A stretch of DNA of 64,000 bases from positions 128,001 to 192,000 of the forward strand of contig CAXXYE010000011.1 of assembly GCA_963674865.2 (NCBI GenBank), written 5' to 3'. Shown in pieces: positions 20,939 through 31,924 of this stretch (position 1 is its first letter; each line of letters begins with the position of its first letter). The DNA comes from Candidatus Hydrogenedentota bacterium (GTDB lineage: Bacteria; Hydrogenedentota; Hydrogenedentia; Hydrogenedentales; SLHB01). The translations under genes were made by a program, and so were the position numbers. The notes beneath the pieces are model-generated. The model ran no database searches, had not been told where the DNA came from, and worked only from the letters and a program-made list of their open reading frames with translations.

Positions 20939-22051
20939 TTGTCCAAATGGGCCAGCACGCGGCGGCGCTTGATGTCCCTTTTCGGACAACTGCTGCTGCT
21001 TCTGATCACCAGCACCTCCGCCGTGGCCGTCCTCTTGATCGTCGTCTTCATCGTGAAGGACGCCGTTGTGTTCTTCAAGATGTGCGGCTTCAAAGAGTTC
21101 CTTACCAGCACGCGATGGTATCCCACCGGCGAGCCGGCCGAATTCGGTACGCTCGCGATTATCGTCGGCAGCGGCCTCGTCACCTTGGGCTCGGCGGCCT
21201 TTGCCGTGCCGTTGGGCGTCGTGGCCGCCATGTGTCTGAGCGACCTATTGCCCTTCTCCGTCCGCCAGATTGTCAAGCCGGTGATCGAGGTCTTGGCGTC
21301 GATTCCCTCCGTAGCCTACGGTTTCTTCGCGCTGGTGATCCTGGCGCCGATGATGCAGGAGCAAGGGGGGCGCTTGCTGGCGATCGCGACATGGGCCGCC
21401 GGAGCGCCCGCCGCGCTCTTGTTTTCCCTGCTCATGGCCGAAGTCTTGCTGCGTCCCTGTTCGGAGAGTCAGCGCCGGCGCTTCCGATGGCCTACGGTGC
21501 TTGTTCTAGGTGTGGCGGCGCTCATCCTGGTCTACTTCGCCGCCGGCGCAGCGGGGCGGCTGCAAATCCCGAGCGGGGCAAATGCGCTCAATGTGTCCAT
21601 TATCCTCGGCGTCATGGTGTTGCCCACGGTGGTAAGCGTGTCCGAAGACGCATTGCAGGCCGTTGGGCGGGAACTGCGAGAGGCCGGCTACGCTTGCGGC
21701 GCCACGCGTGCCGAGATGATGTTCCGCATAGTGCTTCCCGCGGCGAGCAGCGGCATCTGCGCGGCCGTGATCCTGGGCATTATGCGCGCCGTCGGCGAGA
21801 CCATGGTTGTCTGGATGGCTTCGGGCAACGCGGCGCAGATTCCCAAGCCTTGGTTCAACCTCTTGGAGCCCGTGCGCACACTTACGGCGACGATTGCCGG
21901 AGACATGGGAGAGGCGGATCACGTCACAGGTTCGGCCCGTTACCACGTCTTGTTCGCCATGGCCGCGTGCTTGTTGACGGTCTCCTTCATCTGCAACTTG
22001 GCAAGCGAATACGTAATGCGCCGGCAACGCCGCAAGCTTCACGGAGGATGA
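20939..22051 (+). CDS. pstC: Phosphate ABC transporter permease
   Basis: ASIPSVAYGFF, ELREA.YA.GATR.E, RAVGETM; true start may lie upstream (~20858). Confidence 0.93.
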   Translation: MSKWASTRRRLMSLFGQLLLLLITSTSAVAVLLIVVFIVKDAVVFFKMCGFKEFLTSTRWYPTGEPAEFGTLAIIVGSGLVTLGSAAFAVPLGVVAAMCLSDLLPFSVRQIVKPVIEVLASIPSVAYGFFALVILAPMMQEQGGRLLAIATWAAGAPAALLFSLLMAEVLLRPCSESQRRRFRWPTVLVLGVAALILVYFAAGAAGRLQIPSGANALNVSIILGVMVLPTVVSVSEDALQAVGRELREAGYACGATRAEMMFRIVLPAASSGICAAVILGIMRAVGETMVVWMASGNAAQIPKPWFNLLEPVRTLTATIAGDMGEADHVTGSARYHVLFAMAACLLTVSFICNLASEYVMRRQRRKLHGG

Positions 22052-22052
22052 G

Positions 22053-23408
22053 ATGATTTCCGGCACGCGCAAAGTCATCGACAAGTACTTCTCCGTGGCG
22101 GGTGTCGCGTCGATCTTGCTCATGGCTGCGGCGCTTGTCGTCCTATTGACGCCAATCATCTACCGCGGTTCGAAGGCGTTCATTTTCCGCGCGACGGTGG
22201 AGCACCGGCGCTTCATGCTTGAGAAATTCGAGCGCGGAAATCGAGACGACGTGGAGGGGGAGGTCGCGGAGGCAAGACAGGCCCGCGAGCCGGTGTACGC
22301 CATGGTGGATGCCTTCCGGAAGGACGTTGCTTCCATGGGCTTCGTGGAGCGGCGTAAATACGCCCCGCTGGTGGACGAGCTCGACGCGGGCCTGACGCGG
22401 TTGCTCGGGCCGTGGCCGGGAACTCAGCGGCCGGTGTTGATACGTGAGCAGTATGGGCCAACCCGTTGGGACAGGGCGCAAGTCGCCTTGCATGAGGTGC
22501 TGTATGTTGAAGGCTATGACTACAGCGATCCGACGCGCATGGGAACGAAAGTCTATACGCCGCGCATTGAGGAGTTCCGAGGCACCTCGCTCGAGCCGTT
22601 GTTTGGCTATCTGGAGGAGCACCTGGACGACATGCTGCACCCCCGACTCACCGCCTACTGGGGATTTCTCTTCGATCCCTCCATGGACGCCCACATGTTT
22701 GGCGGCATCTGGCCCGAGGTGCTCGGCACGGTCTATCTGACGCTCGGGGCCATGCTTTTTGCCGTCCCCTTCGGCGTCATTGCCGCCATCTATCTCGTCG
22801 AGTACGCCGGGGAAGGCCACCTTATCGGCCTGCTGAGAGTATGTGTCAGCACCTTGGCCGGCGTGCCCAGCATCGTCTTCGGTTTGTTCGGCTTGGCCTT
22901 CTTCATCAACACGATGCACGTGTCGCCGTCCAAGAGTGTGCTTGCCGGGTCGCTCACGCTGGCCCTGCTCGTGCTTCCGACGATTATCCGCGCCTCCGAG
23001 GAGGCCGTTCGCGCCGTTCCGCATACCTACCGCGAGGCGGCGCTTGGGCTGGGGGCTTCGAAGTGGCGTGCCACTGTCCGAGTGATTCTCCCCGCCGCGC
23101 TTCCCGGCATCCTCACCGGTATTGTCATCAGTATGGGGCGAGCGGCCGGTGAAACGGCCCCCATCATCTTCACCGCCGCGGTGAGCGTCGGAAAACCGTT
23201 AGCGCTCTGGCAGACGCTGACGGAAGCTACACCGGCGCTGCCCTGGAACATCTATAACCTTTGCACCGAGCACGAAGCCGTCGATGAGATTCGCCATGTC
23301 CAATTCGGCATGGTGCTTGCCCTGGTCGCGCTTGTGCTCCTGCTCAATCTCTCCGCCATTGTGCTCCGGGCCCGACTGATGGGAAAACTGCGAGGATCGG
23401 CTTCATGA
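22053..23408 (+). CDS. pstA: Phosphate ABC transporter permease with a large extracytoplasmic insert
   Basis: [33 protein letters not shown]. Confidence 0.93.
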   Translation: MISGTRKVIDKYFSVAGVASILLMAAALVVLLTPIIYRGSKAFIFRATVEHRRFMLEKFERGNRDDVEGEVAEARQAREPVYAMVDAFRKDVASMGFVERRKYAPLVDELDAGLTRLLGPWPGTQRPVLIREQYGPTRWDRAQVALHEVLYVEGYDYSDPTRMGTKVYTPRIEEFRGTSLEPLFGYLEEHLDDMLHPRLTAYWGFLFDPSMDAHMFGGIWPEVLGTVYLTLGAMLFAVPFGVIAAIYLVEYAGEGHLIGLLRVCVSTLAGVPSIVFGLFGLAFFINTMHVSPSKSVLAGSLTLALLVLPTIIRASEEAVRAVPHTYREAALGLGASKWRATVRVILPAALPGILTGIVISMGRAAGETAPIIFTAAVSVGKPLALWQTLTEATPALPWNIYNLCTEHEAVDEIRHVQFGMVLALVALVLLLNLSAIVLRARLMGKLRGSAS

Positions 23409-24244
23409 CAGGCGCCACTCTGATCGACACCCCTGAGATTGAGACGCGGCAGCGCTTCCGAGAGACGCGGGGACGCGAGGAGGAACCGCTTGTGTCACAC
23501 CTCGTAACGGACAGGTTCTCTATCTTCTACGGCCGCCATGAGGCTGTGGTCAAAGTCTCCACGAGCGTTCCCCGCGGGAAGGTTACCGCGATCATCGGGC
23601 CGAGTGGGTGTGGCAAGAGCACGTTCCTGCGCGCCATGAACCGGATGAATGACCTTATCCCGGATTGTCACGCGAAAGGGAACATGGTGATGGACGGTGT
23701 CGATCTCTATGGCCCGAATACCGATATCGTGGCGCTGCGCCAGCGTGTAGGCATGGTCTTTCAGAAGCCCAATCCCTTCCCGAAGTCGGTGTTTGAAAAC
23801 GTAGCTTTCGGTCCCCGCCTGCAAGGCATTCGCAGTCGGGCCGCGTTGTCTGAAATTGTCGAGAAGAGTCTCGAACGCGCCGCGCTCTGGGACGAGGTCA
23901 AGGATAGGCTGCGGCAGAATGCCCTTGGCCTCTCCGGCGGACAGCAACAGCGCCTGTGCATTGCGCGCGCCCTTGCCGTCGATCCGGAAATCCTCCTCAT
24001 GGACGAGCCTACCTCGGCGCTTGATCCCCGCTCGACGGCCCGCGTGGAGAACCTCATCGGCGAACTGCGCGGCAACTACACCATCATCATCGTCACGCAT
24101 AACATGCAGCAGGCCGCAAGAGTGTCCGATCTGACGGCCTTCTTCTACGAAGGCGTGCTGGTCGAGACCGGCGTTACGAAGGACCTTTTCACGAATCCGC
24201 GTGAAAAGCGAACCGAAGACTACATTACAGGCCGCTTTGGATAA
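23405..24244 (+). CDS. pstB: Phosphate ABC transporter ATPase
   Basis: [44 protein letters not shown]. Confidence 0.97.
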   Translation: MTGATLIDTPEIETRQRFRETRGREEEPLVSHLVTDRFSIFYGRHEAVVKVSTSVPRGKVTAIIGPSGCGKSTFLRAMNRMNDLIPDCHAKGNMVMDGVDLYGPNTDIVALRQRVGMVFQKPNPFPKSVFENVAFGPRLQGIRSRAALSEIVEKSLERAALWDEVKDRLRQNALGLSGGQQQRLCIARALAVDPEILLMDEPTSALDPRSTARVENLIGELRGNYTIIIVTHNMQQAARVSDLTAFFYEGVLVETGVTKDLFTNPREKRTEDYITGRFG

Positions 24245-24259
24245 GGGAGCGGAGATGCC

Positions 24260-24955
24260 ATGGGCAAACACTTGGAACGAGCAGTCGATCACCTGAAAAG
24301 CCGCATCCTCGTCTTGAGCGCTCGCGTCGAAGAGGCGGTTAGGGGCGCGGTTCTATCCGTCGAAGAGCGCGATACCGCACTGGCCCTGCAAGTGGTTGAC
24401 GGTGATTACGCCATCGACAAGATGGAGGTCGAGGTCGAGGAGGAATGCCTCCAATTGCTGGCGCTATATCAGCCCGTGGCGGTGGACCTGCGCTTCATCA
24501 TCACCGTACTGAAGATCAACGGCGTTCTGGAGCGCATCGGCGATCTCGCCGTAAACATCGCCGAGCGCAGCGTCTTCCTCGCCGAGGAGAGGCCGCCGAA
24601 CCTGGTGTTTGATCTCCACGCCATGGGGAAGAAGGCGCAATCCATGTTGAGCCGCAGTCTGGATGCCTTGGTTCGGCTGGATGCCCAGCTCGCCAGAGAT
24701 GTTTGCCGTGCAGATGATGAAGTGGACGCCATGAACCGCGAGATGTACACTCAAGTCAAGGCGGCTATCCGGCGTGACGTGAGCGAGGCGGAGACGCTCA
24801 TTCATTTTCTCGGCGTGGTGCGTGACCTCGAACGCACAGCGGACTTGGCGACAACTATTGCGAACGATGTCATCTACCTGGCCGAGGGCGAGATTGTCCG
24901 CCACCATGCGGAAGACTTCAGAACTGCTTCTGACGGTGAGGACTCCGGTGCCTAG
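24260..24955 (+). CDS. phoU: Phosphate signalling protein PhoU
   Basis: QPVAVDLR, LERIGDLAVNIA, DDEVD, LER.AD. Confidence 0.95.
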   Translation: MGKHLERAVDHLKSRILVLSARVEEAVRGAVLSVEERDTALALQVVDGDYAIDKMEVEVEEECLQLLALYQPVAVDLRFIITVLKINGVLERIGDLAVNIAERSVFLAEERPPNLVFDLHAMGKKAQSMLSRSLDALVRLDAQLARDVCRADDEVDAMNREMYTQVKAAIRRDVSEAETLIHFLGVVRDLERTADLATTIANDVIYLAEGEIVRHHAEDFRTASDGEDSGA

Positions 24956-24987
24956 TGCTTTCCAGCCGGGCGTGAGGAATCGGAACA

Positions 24988-25674
24988 GTGGCAAACAACC
25001 GCATACTTGTCGTTGAAGACGACGAAGACATCCTTGAGCTGGTTGGGTACAATCTGCGCCAGGAAGGTTTTGAAGTCGAAACCGCCATGGATGGCAAGAA
25101 AGCGCTAGGGAAAATAGCGCATCGGCGCCCGGACCTCATTGTTCTCGACCTGATGCTGCCGGAGTTGGATGGGCTGGAGGTGTGCCGGCGGCTCAAGCGC
25201 GATCCCGACATGCTGGACATCCCCATCCTTATGCTGACGGCCAAGGGAGAGGAGGCGGACATCGTCGCGGGACTGGAATTGGGCGCGGATGATTATGTTA
25301 CCAAGCCCTTCAGTCCCCGTGTCCTCGTCGCCCGCGTCAGGGCCGTGCTGCGCCGTCAAGGGCAAGCGGAGCCGTCCGACAAGGACACCATCACAACACG
25401 GCGTCTCGTGATTCATCCGGGGCGTCATGAGGTACTCGTCGATGGCGAGCTTGCCGACCTTACTTTCACCGAGTTTCGTGTTCTCCATTTGCTTGCCCGC
25501 CGCCCGGGCTGGGTGTTCACGCGATACCAAATCGTGGACGCCGTTCGCGGGCCCGATTACCCGGTGACGGAACGCGCCGTGGACGTGCAGATCGCGGGAC
25601 TTCGGAAGAAGCTGGCCGACGCGGGGGGCTGTGTCAAGACGGTGCGGGGAGTCGGCTACAAGTTTCAGGAGTAG
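24988..25674 (+). CDS. phoB: OmpR/PhoB-family response regulator
   Basis: Receiver domain (LDLMLP, GADDYVTKPF) plus winged helix (TVRGVGYKF); lies in the pst operon. Confidence 0.88.
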   Translation: MANNRILVVEDDEDILELVGYNLRQEGFEVETAMDGKKALGKIAHRRPDLIVLDLMLPELDGLEVCRRLKRDPDMLDIPILMLTAKGEEADIVAGLELGADDYVTKPFSPRVLVARVRAVLRRQGQAEPSDKDTITTRRLVIHPGRHEVLVDGELADLTFTEFRVLHLLARRPGWVFTRYQIVDAVRGPDYPVTERAVDVQIAGLRKKLADAGGCVKTVRGVGYKFQE

Positions 25675-25681
25675 CAGCGCG

Positions 25682-27451
25682 ATGCCGCGATGGCGTTTGG
25701 TATGGCGGATATTTCCGAGCCATCTGTTCGTTACTTTGGCTGCCCTGGCCGCTTTCACGGCCTATACGGCCCATGTGGCGGGCCAGTTCCATTTGACGCG
25801 CGTCAGCAGAGAGCTGGAAGCTCGCGGCCGGCTAATGTCGGACGCGGCCCGGGAGACGCTCGCAAGAGGCGTCGCCGGGGAAATCGACGCCCTCTGTCGC
25901 GAACTGGGAGAAAAGGCATCCTCGCGAGTTACGGTGGTTCTGCCGTCCGGCGAAGTCGTCGGTGACTCGGAAGAATCGCCCCAGAGTATGGATAATCACG
26001 CGAATCGGCCTGAGATTGTCACGGCCATGTCGGGAGACGTGGGCCGCGCCATCCGGTTTAGTCGTACCCTCCAACGTGACCTTATGTATGTAGCTCTTCC
26101 CGTATACGATGGGACGACGCTTGTTGCCGTGCTGCGTGTCGCCCTTCCCCTTACGACGGTTCAGTCCGCCCTGTGGTCCAATCGTACGGATGTCTTTCTC
26201 GGCGCGACCGTTATCGCGCTTCTCGCGGCAATAGCAAGCTGGCTTGTGGCAAGACAGATTGCCCGGCCTCTGGAAGAACTCAAGCAGGGCGCGGAGCTTT
26301 TCGCTCGAGGCGACTTCAAGTATCACCTGCGCATTCCCGCTTCGGAAGAGATCGCGAGTCTGGCGCAAGCCATGAACCAGATGGCCGACCAGCTCGACCA
26401 GCGCATCAGGACCATCGTCAACCAACGAAACCAGCAGGAGGCCGTTCTCTCGAGTATGATTGAGGGCGTCATCGCCGTGGATGTTAAACGCGCCATCATC
26501 AGCCTCAACCATGGCGCGGCGCGTATGTTGGGCGTTGCCTCACAAGACGTCCAAGGGCAAAGCATTGAAACTGCCGTAAGGAACACCGCCCTTCAGGAAT
26601 TCGTCACACGCGCGTTGGACAGCCACGCGCCTATCGAAGACGAATTTGTCTTACACACGCAGCAGGAGCAGGTTGTTCAAGTTCACGGCACCGTCCTTCG
26701 CGATGCTCACGGGAATGGACTTGGCGCCGTGATCGTGTTGAACGATGTCACCGCGCTGCGCCGGCTCGAGCAGGTTCGGCGGGATTTTGTCGCCAACGTC
26801 TCCCACGAGCTTCGCACGCCCATCACGTCCATCAAAGGCTTCGTCGAGACTCTTCTCGGCGGGGCGTTGGAGAAGCCGGATGATGCGCGGAGGTTCCTGG
26901 AGATTGTCGCGAGGCAAGCCGATCGGCTCAATGCCATTCTCGAAGACCTGCTCATCCTGTCCCGGACGGAGGCCGGTGAGTGGCAAAAGGAGATACGGCT
27001 CGAGCGTCTACCTATCCGCGAGGTCATCGACGCGGCGATCACCCTCTGTCGGCCCAAAGCGTCCGTTAGGGGAATCGAAATGACGGTTACCTGTCCGGAA
27101 GATCTGGAGGCCCGAGTCAACGCGCCGCTTCTCGAACAAGCCGTCGCCAATCTCGTTGATAATGCCGTGAAATACAGTGAGCCCGAGAAAAGCGTGCACG
27201 TTGAGGCCAGTCAGGTGGAAGGGGAAGTCGTCATACGCGTCGAGGACCACGGCGCAGGGATTCCCTCCGAACACCTGCCCCGGCTTTTCGAGCGTTTCTA
27301 TCGCGTGGACAAGGCCCGGAGTCGCGGCCTTGGCGGTACCGGGCTTGGACTTGCCATCGTCAAGCACATCGCCCAAGCCCACGGGGGCCGCGTGGGAGTC
27401 GAGAGCGTTCCGGGCAAGGGCAGCACCTTTTCCGTCTATCTTCAATCCTGA
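25682..27451 (+). CDS. phoR: Sensor histidine kinase (HAMP-PAS-HisKA-HATPase)
   Basis: RRDFVANVSHELRTP, NLVDNAVKY, FERFYRVDKARSR, GGTGLGLAIVKH. Confidence 0.92.
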   Translation: MPRWRLVWRIFPSHLFVTLAALAAFTAYTAHVAGQFHLTRVSRELEARGRLMSDAARETLARGVAGEIDALCRELGEKASSRVTVVLPSGEVVGDSEESPQSMDNHANRPEIVTAMSGDVGRAIRFSRTLQRDLMYVALPVYDGTTLVAVLRVALPLTTVQSALWSNRTDVFLGATVIALLAAIASWLVARQIARPLEELKQGAELFARGDFKYHLRIPASEEIASLAQAMNQMADQLDQRIRTIVNQRNQQEAVLSSMIEGVIAVDVKRAIISLNHGAARMLGVASQDVQGQSIETAVRNTALQEFVTRALDSHAPIEDEFVLHTQQEQVVQVHGTVLRDAHGNGLGAVIVLNDVTALRRLEQVRRDFVANVSHELRTPITSIKGFVETLLGGALEKPDDARRFLEIVARQADRLNAILEDLLILSRTEAGEWQKEIRLERLPIREVIDAAITLCRPKASVRGIEMTVTCPEDLEARVNAPLLEQAVANLVDNAVKYSEPEKSVHVEASQVEGEVVIRVEDHGAGIPSEHLPRLFERFYRVDKARSRGLGGTGLGLAIVKHIAQAHGGRVGVESVPGKGSTFSVYLQS

Positions 27452-27656
27452 GAGCTGTGTCTCTTTCGTGCCCCCTCGCCGGATTCATAAGCCATTATGC
27501 TCTAACGCCTTAGCTCGCCCCTCGCTTTCCCGTGACATTTCAGCCTGGATGTGGTAGAGTTTGCCCCTACTTCCAAGTGCTTTCGTGGGCCTTTTCGTGT
27601 GTTGAGGGGAAGTCATGCGGGGTTCAGACAATCATTATCATCTCACCGAATCGAGC

Positions 27657-27860
27657 ATGGGCATTTTGCAGGATCTGTCCGAGGCCCTGGGGGAGCTTGC
27701 CGACAGAATCGACCACATCGCTGTGGGCATGTTCGACGCCAACGCGGACACCAGAGCGCTGACGCAAATCGGGCAGAGTCTCGAGAGAAATCACAGGGCG
27801 TTGTGCGCGGCCTGGGGCATCAGCGGCTCGCAAGAGCCGCCCGAACGGGGCCTCAACTAG
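27657..27860 (+). CDS. Small hypothetical protein
   Basis: 67-aa helical-looking ORF; no recognisable motif. Confidence 0.35.
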   Translation: MGILQDLSEALGELADRIDHIAVGMFDANADTRALTQIGQSLERNHRALCAAWGISGSQEPPERGLN

Positions 27861-28167
27861 GACGGGCCCAGTTCCTGCATCCGCTGGAGATCCGGGCTGC
27901 CAAGGCCATTCCCCTCTCCTGCCGTACCTCTCGTCGTATCGATCTGTCATCGCGGCGAACATGCCGCCCTTTCCGCCTTTTCCTTTTCTTTGCTGTTCGG
28001 GTTGTTGAGCGAAGGAATCTCACCGATTTTCCGTTATCCGGCCAAAAGTCTCTCAGTGTGTCCCGCCTCTAGGATGTGTTCAGTGTCTTCGTGCCGACCT
28101 GGGACACGGAGGTCGTTGAAGCACTGAGAACTGTCGCATGGCGCGGGAATGGATGGGAGGTAGGACG

Positions 28168-28593
28168 ATGGCCGAGAAGAAAGAAGCAAACGACAGGAGC
28201 CGGGCACAACGGTTCGCCGTATCGGTGGATCCGATGAGGCTGGCAACGTTGGGCCAGGCGCGCGGCGCGTGGTTCGAGACGGAGGAGGAAATCGAGGCCG
28301 GGCTGGCGTGGGGCCGCGAGAAGGCCCGGCTGCTCCGGTGGGTTCGCAAGCGGATGGCGACACGCCTGACACGGCGGGAACGCCGCTGCATCGAGCTGTG
28401 CTTCTTCCAGGGCCTTAGCCACCGGGAAGCCGCTACTGCCACCAAAACGAATGCGTCATCCGTGCAGCGTGCTATCCGGCGCTCCATTGATAAGCTTCGT
28501 GCGGCCGCTCGCGAGGACGGCCGCCGAAGCGGGAGATTTCGCCTCAGGCGCCGCCGCGCGATCCGCACAAGGACGCCGAAGAGCCGGCCGTAA
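28168..28593 (+). CDS. Sigma-70 region-4-like HTH protein
   Basis: LTRRERRCIEL.FFQGLSHREAA...SSVQRAIRRSIDKLR; GGAGG RBS; no region 2. Confidence 0.7.
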   Translation: MAEKKEANDRSRAQRFAVSVDPMRLATLGQARGAWFETEEEIEAGLAWGREKARLLRWVRKRMATRLTRRERRCIELCFFQGLSHREAATATKTNASSVQRAIRRSIDKLRAAAREDGRRSGRFRLRRRRAIRTRTPKSRP

Positions 28594-28717
28594 ACAAGGC
28601 GCCTCAGAGATAGCCGGCGGTTACGGATGGGGCCCGCCGTTTGACTTCACCGAGTGCGGGACATAGACTCGGAGGAGAAGCGAAAGAGCTGGGAAAATCA
28701 ACCGACGGGGAGGCGCT

Positions 28718-29149
28718 TTGGACTGCCCGGTGTGTCACGAGCCGATGGTTGTTCTGGAATACGACCAGGTGGAAATTGATTACTGCGTTTCCTGCCGCGG
28801 CATCTGGCTGGACGCCGGGGAATTGGAGTTGCTCTTCGGGGATGAGCAGACCTGTGCGGCTTACCTTGCCTCGGGAGATCCCAAAGAAGCCGGGCACGAA
28901 GCGCCGCGACGTTGTCCCATCTGCCGCAAGAAGATGGCGAAAGGTATCACGGCCGGCGAGGACCCCGTGACGTATGATCGGTGTGTTCGGGGCGACGGCC
29001 TCTGGTTCGATGACGGTGAGCTGCAGCTTGTACTTCAGCAAGGCGCGGGACTGGATGACGCGGGCAAAGTGGGCGGTTTTCTTCGTGAGGTATTCCCCGG
29101 CGCCGGAGGACAGGGGCCGGGAAGTGCGGTCGAGGAGCCTAAGGATTAA
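28718..29149 (+). CDS. Double zf-TFIIB-like zinc-ribbon protein
   Basis: CPVC..IDYC..C.GIWLDAGEL followed by CPIC..DRC...GLWFDDGEL. Confidence 0.85.
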   Translation: MDCPVCHEPMVVLEYDQVEIDYCVSCRGIWLDAGELELLFGDEQTCAAYLASGDPKEAGHEAPRRCPICRKKMAKGITAGEDPVTYDRCVRGDGLWFDDGELQLVLQQGAGLDDAGKVGGFLREVFPGAGGQGPGSAVEEPKD

Positions 29150-29218
29150 TACTCCCTGCCCAATGGTGAAAAGGGCGTGGGGGCATCTTTCCAGGCAAAC
29201 GCGGAGGTGATTAAGGCC

Positions 29219-29785
29219 ATGGGCGTGGGCATAGTTCTTCTCATCTTGTTGGCGATTCTCTTTTTCGTCGTTATCGCCGTGATTGGCATATTCAACGGCC
29301 TGGTGCGCCTGCGTAACCAGGTCAAGAATGCCTGGTCGCAAATCGACGTCCAGTTGAAACGGCGCCACGACCTGATTCCCAATCTGGTCGAAACCGCCAA
29401 GGGCTACATGCAGCACGAGCGCGATACGCTCGAGAACATCACCAAGGCGCGTAATCTCGCCGCGAAAGCCTCCGGCGTCAATGAGCAGGCCCAGGCCGAA
29501 GGCCAATTGGGCCAGGCCCTGAGCAGCTTCTTCCTTGTGGTGGAGAACTACCCTGACTTGAAGGCAAACCAGAATTTCCTCGCCCTTCAGGAAGAGTTGA
29601 CCTCCACCGAGAACAAGATTGGCTTCGCCCGGCAGAATTACAACGACCAGGTGCTTGGCTTCAACAACAAGATCCAGATGTTCCCGAGCAATATTGTTGC
29701 GGGCATGTTCAATTTCACCCAGGCCGACTTCTTCGAGATTGAGGACGAGGCCGAGCGCACGGTTCCCAAGGTCAGTTTCTCCTGA
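29219..29785 (+). CDS. lemA: LemA family protein
   Basis: [42 protein letters not shown]. Confidence 0.95.
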   Translation: MGVGIVLLILLAILFFVVIAVIGIFNGLVRLRNQVKNAWSQIDVQLKRRHDLIPNLVETAKGYMQHERDTLENITKARNLAAKASGVNEQAQAEGQLGQALSSFFLVVENYPDLKANQNFLALQEELTSTENKIGFARQNYNDQVLGFNNKIQMFPSNIVAGMFNFTQADFFEIEDEAERTVPKVSFS

Positions 29786-29832
29786 GTTCCGGTAAGATGC
29801 CTTGAGCCTGCGCGGTTGGTTCACAGCAGACG

Positions 29833-31344
29833 ATGTGGGAACAGATCCGGGCAAATAAGCGCAAGTCCCTCATGCTCGTCCTAGCGATGGCGCTCGTGCA
29901 GATGGGCCTTGGCTTCATCATCGGCGCGGCCCTTTTTCAGAATATGAGCGGGGCCGAGCAAGTGGGCGCCGCAGCGGCAACCGGCGGCCTGTTGGGACTG
30001 ATGGTCGCCGGATTCATCTGGCTTGTGTTGAGTCTGGTCGCCTATTTCCAGGGCGGTCAGATCCTGATGCGCGCCTCGGGGGCTCATCGGATTGAGAAGC
30101 GGGATCACCCCCAGCTCTTCAACGTCGTCGAGGAGATGACCATCGCCGCGGGGCTGTCCAAGATGCCCGCCGTCTACATCATCGACGACATGTCCCTCAA
30201 CGCCTTCGCCACGGGGCGGAGTCCCGACAACGCCGCCGTGGCCGTCACCGCGGGGCTGCTCGGAAAGCTGAATCGCGATCAGTTGCAGGGCGTTATTGCC
30301 CATGAAATGTCGCATGTTATCAACCGCGACGTGCTCTTTATGCAGATGCTCGGCATCATGCTGGGCACCATTGTGATCATCTCGGACGTCTTCCTTCGGG
30401 GCATGTTCTACAGTTCGGCCGGCAGTTCCCGGCGCTACCGCTCTTCATCCCGCCGTAGCGGCGGCGGAGGCGGGCCCGCGGGCGCCATTCTGATGATCCT
30501 GGCCGTACTGATGGCGGTCCTCTCGCCGATTATGGCGTATCTCATCTTCTTCGCGGCCTCTCGCCGGCGCGAGTATCTTGCCGACGCCAACGCCGTCGTG
30601 CTGACACGCTATCCCGAAGGATTGGCCTCAGCGCTCGAGGTCATTTCCCACGACACGAAATCCTTGGCCCGGGTGAATAAAGCCACCGCGCCGATGTTCA
30701 TCTCGAATCCTGTCAGGAAAGCCGTCGGCGCCGGGGCCATGAACACCCACCCGCCCATTGACGAGCGCATACGCATCCTGCGTTCCATGGGGGGAAACGT
30801 CTCCTATGGCACGTACCAGGCCGCGTGGGCCAAAGTGGGAGGTGCGAAAGCGGGCCGGCTGCCCGCCTCGGCCCTGGCGGACAAGAAGCAGTTCGCCGCG
30901 CGCGAGGCGCATCCAGACGCGCTCAAGAAGAAGTCACAGAAGGAGCAACTGCGCGAGGCGGGCGATCTCCTGAGGAAGGTCAACCAATTCGCCTTTGTGG
31001 CGTGCGCGTGTGGACTGCGCATCAAGCTGCCGCCCGACTTCAAGAGGGACCACGTCCAGTGTCCCCGGTGTCACCGCGACATCGCCGTGCCCGCGGCACA
31101 GCTTGCCGCGGTAGCCACAGTCGGCCAGCAACTGAGTGGGGAGGGTGGCCTCGGGGCGGTTGCTCCTCAACAGGCCGCTCCGGCGGCCCCGCAGGTTCTC
31201 GAATTCGCCCGAAAAGGCCAGGACTGGACCTCATTCAAATGCGCCTGCGGCGGAACGGTGACACTCTCGCCATCCTTCGCCGCGGACCGCGTCACGTGCA
31301 GCTCCTGTGGCCGCGAGATCCGCATCAAGCGCGCGAGCAGCTAA
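29833..31344 (+). CDS. htpX: M48 (HtpX-like) zinc metalloprotease with two C-terminal zinc ribbons
   Basis: NAFATG, AHEMSH, SRRREYLAD, THPP..ERI; CACG..CPRC and CACG..CSSC tail. Confidence 0.88.
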   Translation: MWEQIRANKRKSLMLVLAMALVQMGLGFIIGAALFQNMSGAEQVGAAAATGGLLGLMVAGFIWLVLSLVAYFQGGQILMRASGAHRIEKRDHPQLFNVVEEMTIAAGLSKMPAVYIIDDMSLNAFATGRSPDNAAVAVTAGLLGKLNRDQLQGVIAHEMSHVINRDVLFMQMLGIMLGTIVIISDVFLRGMFYSSAGSSRRYRSSSRRSGGGGGPAGAILMILAVLMAVLSPIMAYLIFFAASRRREYLADANAVVLTRYPEGLASALEVISHDTKSLARVNKATAPMFISNPVRKAVGAGAMNTHPPIDERIRILRSMGGNVSYGTYQAAWAKVGGAKAGRLPASALADKKQFAAREAHPDALKKKSQKEQLREAGDLLRKVNQFAFVACACGLRIKLPPDFKRDHVQCPRCHRDIAVPAAQLAAVATVGQQLSGEGGLGAVAPQQAAPAAPQVLEFARKGQDWTSFKCACGGTVTLSPSFAADRVTCSSCGREIRIKRASS

Positions 31345-31763
31345 TCGGCGAGTTCGGCGCGCGCCTCCTGCAGCGTCTCCTTCTTCCTATACACCATCCC
31401 GTGGAACGTCGCCACCGGCGCGCCCTCATCATCCGTCACCTGAATGAGATACGTCGCGATCTTGGGATTCAGCGAGATCTCCTCCGCTTCCGCGAATAGC
31501 GTGCCGCCGCGGATGGCTTTGACGAAGGTCATCGAGGCGCTTATCGCTACCGCCACCGTGCCATGGGAATTGCTGGCCACCGCGAAAGCGAAGTCCGCCA
31601 GCGAGAACAACGCGCCGCCATGCACGATGCGAAGGCTGTTCATGTGGCGCTCCTCGACGGCCATCCTGACACGGGCCTTGCCCTCGGAGACTTCCAGCAA
31701 CTCCATTCCCAGGCATGCGGCCAGTTTGTCATGACTGAAATGCTCGCGCACGTGCTCCATCAC
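31341..31763 (-). CDS. PaaI-family hotdog thioesterase
   Basis: HGGALFSLADFAFAVASN. Confidence 0.9.
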   Translation of the reverse strand: MMEHVREHFSHDKLAACLGMELLEVSEGKARVRMAVEERHMNSLRIVHGGALFSLADFAFAVASNSHGTVAVAISASMTFVKAIRGGTLFAEAEEISLNPKIATYLIQVTDDEGAPVATFHGMVYRKKETLQEARAELAD

Positions 31764-31924
31764 TTACTCCTTCTTGCGTAGCCCATGAGCCTTGTGCCGT
31801 GAGTGTACATGCTCGCGCCTTGATTGTGAACTCGTGGAGTTCTTTCATCCCTTGACACAGTAGAGGGATGGATCCAAAATGATACAGGTTCTTGGTGACA
31901 TCCTTCACTCGAAAGGTAAGCTGC

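Noticed and set aside
28604..29854. 416-aa minus-strand ORF and similar long antisense ORFs throughout the window
   Set aside because: Shadows of well-supported genes on the opposite strand in GC-rich DNA
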